DNA of 64,000 nucleotides. It comes from an uncultured bacterium (GTDB lineage Bacteria; Verrucomicrobiota; Verrucomicrobiia; Limisphaerales; UBA8199). The number at the start of each line of letters is the position of its first letter. Positions within the stretch are counted from its first letter, which is position 1. The translations under genes and the position numbers were made by a program. Below the pieces are notes generated by a model. That model searched no databases and was not told the DNA's origin. It saw nothing but the letters and a program-made list of their open reading frames with translations. The stretch spans positions 256,001 through 320,000 of the forward strand of contig CAVVMW010000006.1 in NCBI GenBank assembly GCA_963749495.1, read 5' to 3'. Shown here piece by piece: positions 53,474 through 62,604 of the stretch.

Positions 53474-53750
53474 CGTAGCGGCGCCTGAAAACCGCGAAGC
53501 CTTCAGGCGTCGCTACGCGACGCGCGAGCATTCCCACGCCCCGAACCGTGGACCGAGGTCCACGGCTACCTTCACTGCGTCGCTCCGCGACGCGCGCTGC
53601 GTCCGGTTCACCGCGTAGCGGTGGCCGATGGCAGCCGTGGACTTTCAGTCCACGGACCGGCAGTCCAATCTCCCCCGCGTCGCGTAGCGACGCCTGAAAA
53701 CTGGCGCCAAGGGCCGCATGTCCCGTGGTCCCGTGGTCCCGTGGTCCCGT
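53474..53750. repeat. Family L element plus (GGTCCCGT)n octamer repeat
   Basis: Homologous to 17223-17442 and 29183-29396. Confidence 0.82.
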
Positions 53751-53762
53751 ACATCCTTGCCC

Positions 53763-53912
53763 TGCACGCGTTTGGAGTTTGGCAGTGCAAACACTGCACC
53801 ACGGCCTGAGTAAGGCCCCGGGCCCGGCCATGACGACGCAAGCATGCTCGTTTTATCTCATTGTGATTCAGTGGCTTATGTCGTGATGCCCCAACCTGGT
53901 ACGCAACTAGCG
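53763..53912 (+). promoter_or_regulatory. Sigma54 promoter 2 with upstream activator site and AT-rich IHF-like tract
   Basis: TGGTACGCAACTAGC (GG 53898-99, GC 53910-11); GTGCAaacacTGCAC at 53785-53799; TGCAC at 53763. Confidence 0.62.
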
Positions 53913-53925
53913 TCTAGCCGGACCT

Positions 53926-54366
53926 GTGAATGTTGTGATCCAGAGCCTGTTGAAACTGCAAGCGCTCGAGTTCGGGGACGTCACCGGCAAGGGCATTGCA
54001 TCTCAGATCGCTGAATTGCGCGCGCAAATTCCATCGCCGGTCCTGGCGCACTATGACCGGTTGCGCGTCCGGGGCAAGAAGGGGGTGGCCATTGTCCGCA
54101 ACCATGTCTGCACAGGCTGCCACATGCAGCAACCCATTGGGAAGATCACGATTCTCATGCGGGACGAGGACGTTCAGTTGTGCGATAGCTGCGGTCGTTA
54201 CCTCTATCTGCCCGGCCCGGCGGAAAGTGAATTGGTCGAGCGCATGGCCAGCGCCAAACCCAGCGGGAGCGAGCAGGCCCCGGCCAAGCCCGCCCCCAGG
54301 CCTGCCCCCAAGCCGCGAAAGCGCAAGGAGCCCAAGGCCCTGGCCAAGGCCCTGGCCACCGCCTGA
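53926..54366 (+). CDS. C4-type zinc-ribbon protein (DUF164/zf-RING_7-like), short form with Pro/Lys tail
   Basis: YDRLR..GVA...CTGCHM...CDSCGRYLY. Confidence 0.82.
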   Translation: MNVVIQSLLKLQALEFGDVTGKGIASQIAELRAQIPSPVLAHYDRLRVRGKKGVAIVRNHVCTGCHMQQPIGKITILMRDEDVQLCDSCGRYLYLPGPAESELVERMASAKPSGSEQAPAKPAPRPAPKPRKRKEPKALAKALATA

Positions 54367-54420
54367 GCTTCGTGGACTGAGCCAGAGCCGTCCGCACTGC
54401 CAATCCTGGATTTCTCTCGC

Positions 54421-54921
54421 ATGCCACTCGATGCGACCATTGCCGTTACTGTCCCGGCCACGCTGGCACAATTCACGCGGCGGACCCTGGTAGTGCCGGA
54501 ATTGCGCGACCGCGACACCGCCGGAATCATCAGCGAGTTGAGCCAGGTCTTGCAGCGCGAGGGGTGCGTGACGGATGTCCTGCCCTTCTACCACACCGCT
54601 CTGAACCAGGAACTCTTGTCGAACTCCGCCATCGAGTGCGGGCTGGCCCTTCCCCACGCCCGCCTCAACGGGGTGAAACGACTGACCTTCGCGCTGGGGC
54701 GCACGCCGGAGCCGGTGATATGGGGGGCCAAGGGCTCGTGGCCTGTGCAGTTTATCTTCCTCCTGGCGGTCCCGGCCACCGATGCCGCCGGCTATTTGCA
54801 CCTCCTGGCCAGCCTGGCGCGCCTGGGCCAGCAGCCCCAGATACTCGATCAACTGCGCGCCGCTGAGAGTGCCGAAGCCGTTCTGGCCGTGCTCGAGGGG
54901 ATCAGACTGCGCCAAGGATGA
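54421..54921 (+). CDS. Stand-alone PTS EIIA (Fru/Ntr-type) domain protein
   Basis: E..SNSAIECGLALPHAR, VQFIFLLAVP, YLHLLASLARL. Confidence 0.88.
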   Translation: MPLDATIAVTVPATLAQFTRRTLVVPELRDRDTAGIISELSQVLQREGCVTDVLPFYHTALNQELLSNSAIECGLALPHARLNGVKRLTFALGRTPEPVIWGAKGSWPVQFIFLLAVPATDAAGYLHLLASLARLGQQPQILDQLRAAESAEAVLAVLEGIRLRQG

Positions 54922-55046
54922 CGCCAAGGGTTGACCAGGACAGGGCCGGGCACGCCGGCAGCCGGCGCGCGCAGGCCCCGAAGGGCGCGTTGCGTCTCTG
55001 CCGGAGCGCGGACAGTGCCCTCGCGCTCGGGATCGAAATCCCGCGG

Positions 55047-55152
55047 CAAAAGCGGCAGAGGACTGCCGCAGTCCAAAACGCTTCGCGAAAGGGCGAAGCG
55101 CCACGGAAGTCGCGCCAGCGTCTTGGACTGCGGCAGTCCTCTGCCGCTTTCG
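55047..55152. repeat. Family K doublet, opposite arm orientation
   Basis: aaagcggcagaggactgccgcagtccaaaa..ttggactgcggcagtcctctgccgcttt. Confidence 0.85.
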
Positions 55153-55236
55153 TGCGGGGAATGCATTCTCATTTCGAGTGGCGCCGAGCTCCTCGACCCT
55201 CGACCCTCGACCCTCCCTCCTTTTGAGTTCCAGCCC

Positions 55237-57273
55237 ATGGCTCTGCTCCTGAAACTCGCCCTGTGCGCTTATGCAGCCGGCGCGGCCGGCAGCTTGCTCT
55301 GGTCCGGACGCCCCAAGACGGCCACATGGATGGGCTTCGGCAGCGCGGCGGCGGCGGGCCTGTGCGGGCTGGCAGCGGCCATGGCGGGCCTGGCCCCCGG
55401 CGGGAGTGGCGGGACCCCGCCGTTCGACCTGTGGCACTCCTCGATCCCGTATGTGAAGCTGACGCTCAAGCTGGACCCGCTGGGCCTTTTCTTCGTGCTG
55501 ATCGTGTCCGTGCTGGCGGTGGCCTTGTCGGTCTATTCGCTGGGTTACGTGCGCGGCCTTTATGGGCGCAAGAACGTTGGCGTGCTCGGGGCGTTTTACA
55601 ACCTGCTGCTGCTGGCGACGACGCTCGTGTTTTCAGCCGCGAACGCGTTTTTCTTCCTGATCGCCTGGGAGATCATGGCGCTGAGCGTCTATGGCCTGGT
55701 GAGTTTCGAGCATGAGAAGACCGAGTCTCGAAACGCCGGCGTGCTCTTTTTTGTCATGTCGCACCTCGGAACGGGTTGCCTGATCCTGGGTTTCCTGCTG
55801 CTGTTCCAGGCCGCCGGGGACTTCAGTTTCGAAGGGTTCCGCGCGGCGGCCCCGGCGATGTCCGCCGACAAGCGCAACGCGGCGTTTCTGTTGTTCCTGT
55901 TCGGTTTCGGTGTCAAGGCCGGCATCGTGCCGTTGCACGTCTGGCTGCCCGAGGCCCACCCGGTGGCGCCCAGCAATGCCTCCGCCGCCCTCTCCGGGGT
56001 GCTGATCAAGACCGGCATCTACGGTCTGACACGCGTGCTGTTCGATTTCATGGGCACGCCGCCCAACTGGTGGGGCGTCACGGTCCTGACCATCGGGACC
56101 GTCTCCGCCGTCCTGGGGGTGCTCTATGCCCTCATGGAGCACGACCTCAAACGGTTGCTCGCCTATCACAGCATCGAGAACATCGGCATTATTCTCATGG
56201 GGCTGGGCGCCGCGTTGATGTTCCTGCACAGCGGCCATCCCATCCTGGCGACGCTGGCCCTCATCGCCGGGCTCTATCACACGATCAATCACGCCATCTT
56301 CAAGGCACTCCTGTTCCTGGGCGCGGGCGCAGTTGTGCAGTGTACTCACACGCGCAACATGGAGGAGATGGGCGGGCTGATCCGCCGCATGCCCGCCACC
56401 GCCCTCTGCTTCCTGGTCGGCTCCGTGGCCATCTCGGCCCTGCCGCCCCTGAACGGTTTCGTCAGCGAATGGCTCACCTACCAGTCGCTCTTGCAAGGCT
56501 TCGGCACGACCAGCGACCTGGTGCGGGTGCTCTTCCCGCTGAGCGGGGCGATGCTGGCGCTGACCGGCGCGCTGGCGGCGGCGTGTTTCGTGAAGGCCTT
56601 CGGCATCACCTTCCTGGCCCAGCCGCGCAGCCAGCAGGCGGCCCAGGCGCGCGAGGCCTCCCCGACGATGCTGGCCGGGATGGGTTTGCTGGTGGCGGCG
56701 TGCCTGTTCCTGGGCCTGATGCCGGGGACGTTTGTGACGCTGCTGGATCCGCTGACGCGCCAACTGACCGGGCGGGAGTTGAGCGGGATGCTGAGCCTGA
56801 GAGGCGGCCTGGTGCTCACCAACGGCCGGGAGCTGGGAGGCAGCGTTTCGACCCTGGGCATGCTCCTGATGGGACTTTGCCTGCTGCCGGTGCCCTTGGC
56901 GTTGCGGCTCTTCTTCGGGAGCAGGAGCCGGGTCCGCATCGGGCCGACCTGGGACTGCGGCCTGCGGGGCCTGGCGCCCTCGATGGAATACACCGCCACT
57001 GGTTTCTCCAAGCCGATACGGATGATCTTCAAGGCCCTGTTCCGGCCCCGCCGCGAGGTCCAGCGCGAGTACGATTACTCGCCCTACTTCGCCACAACGC
57101 TCCGGTTCGAGAGCCATATCGAGGAGGCATTCGTCACCCGCATCTATCGGCCCCTGAACCGCGCCATCCTGCGGTTCGCGCGCCGGCTGCGCGCCCTTCA
57201 GGCCGGGAGCATCCAGGCCTACCTGATCTACATCTTCGTCACGTTGTTGGCGCTCCTGCTCTTCGCGCTATGA
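55237..57273 (+). CDS. hyfB: Hydrogenase-4 component B-like antiporter subunit (Ehr complex)
   Basis: FFFLIAWEIM, KAGIVPLHVWLPEAHP, KRLLAYHSIENIG, NHAIFKALLFL, PPLNGFVSEW, TWDCG..EYTATGF. Confidence 0.9.
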   Translation: MALLLKLALCAYAAGAAGSLLWSGRPKTATWMGFGSAAAAGLCGLAAAMAGLAPGGSGGTPPFDLWHSSIPYVKLTLKLDPLGLFFVLIVSVLAVALSVYSLGYVRGLYGRKNVGVLGAFYNLLLLATTLVFSAANAFFFLIAWEIMALSVYGLVSFEHEKTESRNAGVLFFVMSHLGTGCLILGFLLLFQAAGDFSFEGFRAAAPAMSADKRNAAFLLFLFGFGVKAGIVPLHVWLPEAHPVAPSNASAALSGVLIKTGIYGLTRVLFDFMGTPPNWWGVTVLTIGTVSAVLGVLYALMEHDLKRLLAYHSIENIGIILMGLGAALMFLHSGHPILATLALIAGLYHTINHAIFKALLFLGAGAVVQCTHTRNMEEMGGLIRRMPATALCFLVGSVAISALPPLNGFVSEWLTYQSLLQGFGTTSDLVRVLFPLSGAMLALTGALAAACFVKAFGITFLAQPRSQQAAQAREASPTMLAGMGLLVAACLFLGLMPGTFVTLLDPLTRQLTGRELSGMLSLRGGLVLTNGRELGGSVSTLGMLLMGLCLLPVPLALRLFFGSRSRVRIGPTWDCGLRGLAPSMEYTATGFSKPIRMIFKALFRPRREVQREYDYSPYFATTLRFESHIEEAFVTRIYRPLNRAILRFARRLRALQAGSIQAYLIYIFVTLLALLLFAL

Positions 57274-58211
57274 GTGCTCTGTTGTCCCTCCTCTGCCAGA
57301 CCGTGTTGCTGCTGGCGCTGGCGCCGCTGGTGAGCGGGTGCATCAGGAACTGGAAGGCCAAGCTCCAGAACCGGCGCGGGCCCCGGCCGTGGCAGCCGTG
57401 GCTGGACCTAGCCAAGTTTCTGCGCAAGGACATGGTCATTTCCGAGCATGCCTCCTGGGTCTTTCGGGCGGTCCCGTACGTGATGCTCCTCTCGACGCTC
57501 CTGGCGGGGCTGATGGTGCCGCTGGTGAGCGCCTCGGCCCCGTTGCGGGTCTTCGGCGACGCCCTGGCGCTTGTGGGCCTTCTGGCCCTGGGCCGCTTCT
57601 TCCTGGCCCTGGGCGGGCTGGACCCGGGCAGCGCCTTCGGCGGCATGGGCAGCAGCCGGGAGATGACCATCGCCGCCATCGCCGAGCCGGCGCTCATGCT
57701 GGCTATCTTCACCGTCGCCATCACGGCGCACTCCACCGACCTGAGCCAAATGCTGCTGGCCGCCCAGGGCCCGACCTGGAGACTGCTCAACCCGGCCCAC
57801 GTCCTGGCCTTTGCCGCCCTGTTCATCGTCCTGCTGGCCGAGACCGGGCGCATCCCCGTGGACAACCCCTCGACGCACCTCGAACTGACCATGATCCACG
57901 AGGCGATGCTCCTGGAGTACTCTGGCCGTTACCTGGCGCTGATCGAGTGGAGCGCCTCTATCAAGCAACTGGTCCTGATGGCGCTCCTGGTCAATATCTT
58001 CTTCCCCGTCGGCATCCCGGCGCTCCTGACCCCCGCGACGCTGGCGGTGTCGTCCGCCTGGTTCCTGGCCAAGCTGCTCATCCTGGCAGGCGCGGTCGTG
58101 CTGGTGGAAACCACTAACGCCAAGCTGCGGCTGTTCCGGGTCCCCGACCTGCTCAGCACCGCCTTCATCCTGGCCACGCTGGCCTTGCTCTCGACGTTCC
58201 TCTTCCAGTGA
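57270..58211 (+). CDS. hyfC: HyfC/HycD (NuoH-like) membrane subunit
   Basis: KAKLQNRRGP..QPWLDL.K, GMGSSRE, AETGRIPVD, HLELTMIHEAMLLEYSG. Confidence 0.9.
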   Translation: MSALLSLLCQTVLLLALAPLVSGCIRNWKAKLQNRRGPRPWQPWLDLAKFLRKDMVISEHASWVFRAVPYVMLLSTLLAGLMVPLVSASAPLRVFGDALALVGLLALGRFFLALGGLDPGSAFGGMGSSREMTIAAIAEPALMLAIFTVAITAHSTDLSQMLLAAQGPTWRLLNPAHVLAFAALFIVLLAETGRIPVDNPSTHLELTMIHEAMLLEYSGRYLALIEWSASIKQLVLMALLVNIFFPVGIPALLTPATLAVSSAWFLAKLLILAGAVVLVETTNAKLRLFRVPDLLSTAFILATLALLSTFLFQ

Positions 58212-58218
58212 CCTTTCT

Positions 58219-58887
58219 ATGAACCCGCCCCCATCCGAGCTGGCCTCCCAGTGGATAACCCTGCTGGCTGCGGCAATGCTGGTCATCCAGCTCCTCATGG
58301 TCGTGCAGCGCATGCTCCTGACCACCATCCGGCTCTTTGCGCTCCAGTCCCTCATGCTGGCCATGATTGCCGCCATCATCGCTTACTTCGATAACGCCGC
58401 GCACGTCTATTGGGTCGTCGCTCTCACCGTGGTGGGCAAGGTCTTTTTCCTGCCGTGGCTGCTGGACCGCCTGGTGCGGCGCATCCAGATCGTCCAGGAG
58501 ATCGAGCCGCTCCTCAACTCGACCGCCTCGATGCTGCTCTGCGGCGCCCTCACGCTCCTGGGCTATATTGTCGCCCGCCCTTTCACCTCGCTCGAGCGGC
58601 TGGGCAACAATACCCTGGCCACTGCCATCACCCTCGTCTTGACCGGGTTCTTCCTCATGTTCAACCGGCGCAAGGCAATCACCCAGGTCCTGGCACTGCT
58701 GGCGGTCGAAAACGGCGTCATGCTGGCGGCCGTCGCGCTGACCACCTACGGCATGCCGCTGGTCGTCGAGGTTGGAATCTTCTTCGACCTGATGGTGGCG
58801 GTGATGGTCCTGGGCATCCTGGTCTATCGCATCCGCTCGACCTTCGCCTCGATGGATGTGGGCAAACTGAGCCAGTTGCGAGGATGA
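58219..58887 (+). CDS. hyfE: HyfE-like membrane subunit
   Basis: IRLFALQS, LAVENG, MPLVVEVGIFFD, LSQLRG. Confidence 0.88.
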   Translation: MNPPPSELASQWITLLAAAMLVIQLLMVVQRMLLTTIRLFALQSLMLAMIAAIIAYFDNAAHVYWVVALTVVGKVFFLPWLLDRLVRRIQIVQEIEPLLNSTASMLLCGALTLLGYIVARPFTSLERLGNNTLATAITLVLTGFFLMFNRRKAITQVLALLAVENGVMLAAVALTTYGMPLVVEVGIFFDLMVAVMVLGILVYRIRSTFASMDVGKLSQLRG

Positions 58888-58889
58888 AC

Positions 58890-59245
58890 CGAGTGCGGAG
58901 TGCGGAATGCGGAGTGCGGAGTGTGCCAGTGGGAATGTTGGGCTTGGATTGGGGTGCGGGCAATGACGAATGACGAATGACGAATGACGAATGACGAATG
59001 ACGAATGACGAATGAGGACTAGCAACTCCAGTGTCGCAGCCGGATGGCCCCTCACCCCGGCCCTCTCCCCATCCGATGGGGAGAGGGAGAGCAGCGGGTG
59101 CGTCCGCAGTTGCTCCCTCTCCCCATCCGATGGGGAGAGGGTAGGGGTGAGGGGCCGCCCGGGCGGTGCGGCGGACGAGTTTGGAACATTTGAATTTCGG
59201 ATTTCGGATTTGTTTCGGATTTCGGATTTCGGATTTCGGATTTCG
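58890..59245. repeat. Intra-operon repeat field: (GCGGAGT)n, (GAATGAC)n, family J doublet, (ATTTCGG)n
   Basis: Direct reading between hyfE and hyfF. Confidence 0.9.
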
Positions 59246-59265
59246 TGGCTGGGAGGTGGTGCCCC

Positions 59266-60750
59266 ATGCTGACGGTTCTGCTGATGGTTCCTGTCGCGGC
59301 GGGTCTGCTGTGCCTGGTGCTGCGCTCGGTCCGCCTGATGGAGGCGGTGAACGTGCTTGGCTTTGGCGTTGCGCTGGGGTTGGGCGTGCGGTTGCTGGGC
59401 CTGGTCCTGGCCCGGCAAGTGGTCACCGAGTGCGGCGAGTTCTTCCGTGCCGATGCCTTGAGCGCGTGGATGGTCCTGCTGATCGGCGTGGTCTCGCTCG
59501 GCAGTTCGCTCTACGCGGGGCGTTATTTCCGGCGCGACCTGGAGGCCGGCACGGTCACGGTGGGCCGGGTGAAGGAGTTCTTTGTGCTCACGCCGCTGTT
59601 CGCGGCCGGGATGTTGCTGGTGGTGCTGGCCAATAACCTCGGGGTGATGTGGTTTGCGCTGGAGGCGACCGCCCTGTCGTCGGTCCTTTTGGTGGCGCTC
59701 TACAATCGGCAGACCTCGCTGGAGGCCGCCTGGAAGTACGTCATCCTGGGCAGCCTGGGCCTGGCCTTGGCGCTCCTGGGCACGGTCTTCACTTATGCCG
59801 CGGCCATCGACCAGCACAACGCGTCGGCGCTGCCCAGTTTCAACTGGTCGCATCTCATGGCGATAGCGGGCCAACTGGACCGGCCCATGATCAAACTGGC
59901 GTTCGTGTTCGTGCTCGTCGGTTACGGCACCAAGGCCGGCCTGGCCCCGATGCACACCTGGCTGCCCGACGCCCACAGCGAGGCCCCTTCGCCCACCAGC
60001 GCCATGCTCTCGGGCGTCTCGCTCAAGGTCGCCCTTTACGCCCTGCTCCGCTTTCACATCCTGACCACCGCTTGCCTGGGTTCGGCCTTCAGCGGGACGA
60101 TGCTGTTGGTCTTTGGCCTGGCCTCCATGTGCCTGGCCGCGCCGTTCATCCTGGTCCAGACCAACCTCAAACGGCTGCTGGCCTATTCGAGCCTCGAACA
60201 TATCGGGCTGATTTGCGCCGCCATCGGCCTGGACTCGCCCCTCACCGTTTTCGGCGCGCTCCTGCACATGGGCTATCATGCCCTGGCCAAGCCGGTCCTG
60301 TTCTTCGCCGCGGGCAATATCCACCAGAGCTGCCACACCCTGCAGATGCGCCTCATCGGCCCAGGCATGGCCAAGGTGCTGCCCGTGACCGCCCTCTGCG
60401 CCGGACTGGCCGGGGCGGCGGCCATTGGCCTGCCTCCCTTCGGCCTGTTCTTCAGCGAAATGACCGTGCTCAGCGGCGGCTTTGCGGCCGGCCACATCGC
60501 CGTCACCACGCTCCTGCTGGCGGCATTGCTGGCCTCGTTCTGCGGCATCCTCTACCAACTGACCCGCATCCTGCTCGGCGCCCCCAAACGGACGCGCCCC
60601 AGCGATGCGGCCCCGCTGGATGGTGTCCCGGCGATGGCCTTGATGCTGGGCGCGATGCTGGTCTTCAGCCTCTGGCTGCCCGGACCGCTGCACAGCGTAA
60701 TGCGCCAGGCCGCGACAATTATTCGGGGAACCGGAGCAGGAACCTGGTGA
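59266..60750 (+). CDS. hyfF: HyfF-like antiporter subunit
   Basis: SLEAAWKY, GYGTKAGLAPMHTWLPDAHSEAP, KRLLAYSSLEHIG, GLPPF..F.SE. Confidence 0.9.
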   Translation: MLTVLLMVPVAAGLLCLVLRSVRLMEAVNVLGFGVALGLGVRLLGLVLARQVVTECGEFFRADALSAWMVLLIGVVSLGSSLYAGRYFRRDLEAGTVTVGRVKEFFVLTPLFAAGMLLVVLANNLGVMWFALEATALSSVLLVALYNRQTSLEAAWKYVILGSLGLALALLGTVFTYAAAIDQHNASALPSFNWSHLMAIAGQLDRPMIKLAFVFVLVGYGTKAGLAPMHTWLPDAHSEAPSPTSAMLSGVSLKVALYALLRFHILTTACLGSAFSGTMLLVFGLASMCLAAPFILVQTNLKRLLAYSSLEHIGLICAAIGLDSPLTVFGALLHMGYHALAKPVLFFAAGNIHQSCHTLQMRLIGPGMAKVLPVTALCAGLAGAAAIGLPPFGLFFSEMTVLSGGFAAGHIAVTTLLLAALLASFCGILYQLTRILLGAPKRTRPSDAAPLDGVPAMALMLGAMLVFSLWLPGPLHSVMRQAATIIRGTGAGTW

Positions 60751-60757
60751 ACTGACC

Positions 60758-60838
60758 CGTGAAACGTGAAACGTGAACCTTTTTCCATGCCCAACGCGTT
60801 ATCTATCGCTTTTCACGTTTCACGTTTCACGTTTCACG
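60758..60838. repeat. Inverted pair of CGTGAAA / TTTCACG heptamer arrays
   Basis: Forward 60758-60777, reverse 60810-60838. Confidence 0.9.
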
Positions 60839-60890
60839 GCTCTAGACAATTGGGGTGTTGTCCCTTCATGTCTCTTTGGCCCTTGCACTT

Positions 60891-62504
60891 GTGAAAACCA
60901 TTGACCGGCATCAAGTCCTGCCGACGCTCCAGCCGGCCCTGGCCGACCTGACCGAACGTTTCGGCCCGCGCCTGGAGGCCGTGCTCCCCGCCCGCCCCGA
61001 CGAGGTCTATTTTGTCGCGCAAATGGACCTGGTCCCCGGCTTTTGCGCCCAGCTCTACAAGAAATGGAACGGGCGCCTGGCCGGCCTGTTCGCCGACAAC
61101 GCCCGCGCGGAGACGGGGATGTTCCACCTGTATTACGTGTTTGCGCTGGATGCGGCGCACGGTTTTTTCATCCTTCGAACCGCGGTCCCGCCCGACCAGC
61201 CGCGATTCACCTCGCTGGCCAACGCCCTGCCGGCCGCCAATTGGCAGGAACGCGAGATCCAGGACCTCTTCGGCCTGAAGCTGGAGGGACATCCCAACCC
61301 GCGGCGCTGCGCCCTGCACGACGACTGGCCGGAGGTGTGCCCGCTGCGAAAGGATTTCGACCTCAAGACCAAGCTGCCTGCCTTCCGCGGCGAACGGCAC
61401 AAGTTCCGCGAGGTCGAAGGCGAGGGCGTCTTCCAGGTGCCGGTCGGTCCCGTACACGCCGGCATCATCGAGCCGGGGCACTTCCTGTTCAGCGTGGCCG
61501 GCGAACCGGTCCTCTACCTCCAGATCCGGCTCTTCTATACGCACAAAGGGACCGAGAAACTCTTCGAGAACCTGCCCATCCCGCACGCCGTCTGTTTGGC
61601 GGAGAGCATCTCGGGCGATTCGAGCTTCGCGCACGCCACCGCCTTTTGCCACGCGGTCGAGCGGGCCGCCGGCATCGAGCCGCCGCCCCGCGCCCGCGCC
61701 CTGCGCACTGTCTGCCTGGAACTGGAGCGCATCTGCAACCACATCGCCGACATCGGGGCCATCGCCACGGACGTGGCCTTCGTGGTGGCCAATGCCCACG
61801 CCATGCGGCTCAAGGAAGGTGTCCTGCGCCTCAACGAGCAGTTGACCGGCAACCGCCTCCTGCGCGGCATGGCCTGGCCGGGCGGCGTCCGCTTCGACTG
61901 GACCGCGCCGCAAATCCAGGCCGCCGCCCGCTTTGTCACCGAGCTGCAGCCGCAATTCGATTCCTTGGTCGGGCTCATCCGCGACTCCTCCTCGACCCGC
62001 GATCGGCTCGAGACCACCGGCATCCTCAAGCCGGAAATCGCCCGCGACCTCGGCGTGGTCGGCATTGCCGGGCGCGCCTCGGGCTTCGACCACGACCTGC
62101 GCCGCGATTTCCCCCACGCCGCCTATGGAGATGTGAGGTTCACCGTGCCGGTTTATCAGGAAGGAGATGTGCTGCGGCGCATGCAGGTGCGCATCGATGA
62201 GGTCCAGCAGGCCCTCTCGATCATTGGGCAACTGCTGGCCCGCCTCCCGGACGGCCCCGCGCGCGTGCCCGTGCCGCCCCTGACCCCAGGCGCCGCCGCC
62301 CTCGGGTTTGTCGAGGGCTGGCGCGGCGAGATCTTCCACTGGCTGCGCGCCGCCCCAAACGGCCGCCTCGCCCGGTGCAAGATCAAAGACCCCTCGCTCC
62401 AAAACTGGCCCGCCCTGAGCGAGGCCATCCTCGACAACATCATCCCGGACTTCCCCGTGGTGAACAAAAGCTTCAACCTCTCCTACTCTGGAACGGACCG
62501 TTGA
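60891..62504 (+). CDS. HycE/HyfG-like large subunit (NuoCD-like) lacking Ni-binding cysteines (EhrL)
   Basis: WQEREIQDLFG, GPVHAGIIEPGHF, YTHKGTEK, ESISGD in place of RxCxxC, SFNLSYSG in place of DPCxxC. Confidence 0.9.
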   Translation: MKTIDRHQVLPTLQPALADLTERFGPRLEAVLPARPDEVYFVAQMDLVPGFCAQLYKKWNGRLAGLFADNARAETGMFHLYYVFALDAAHGFFILRTAVPPDQPRFTSLANALPAANWQEREIQDLFGLKLEGHPNPRRCALHDDWPEVCPLRKDFDLKTKLPAFRGERHKFREVEGEGVFQVPVGPVHAGIIEPGHFLFSVAGEPVLYLQIRLFYTHKGTEKLFENLPIPHAVCLAESISGDSSFAHATAFCHAVERAAGIEPPPRARALRTVCLELERICNHIADIGAIATDVAFVVANAHAMRLKEGVLRLNEQLTGNRLLRGMAWPGGVRFDWTAPQIQAAARFVTELQPQFDSLVGLIRDSSSTRDRLETTGILKPEIARDLGVVGIAGRASGFDHDLRRDFPHAAYGDVRFTVPVYQEGDVLRRMQVRIDEVQQALSIIGQLLARLPDGPARVPVPPLTPGAAALGFVEGWRGEIFHWLRAAPNGRLARCKIKDPSLQNWPALSEAILDNIIPDFPVVNKSFNLSYSGTDR

Positions 62505-62604
62505 ATGCTTCGCACCATGCTAACCCCGGACTTCCGTCAGACCGGCCAGACGCGTCAGACCTGTCAGACCCGTCCGACCGTCCGTGCCGGAATTTGAAAT
62601 CCCC

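Noticed and set aside
54931..55236. N-terminal extension of hyfB (similarly 35188-35379 and 25535-25714)
   Set aside because: The extensions are translated intergenic repeats; downstream ATGs match the family N-termini
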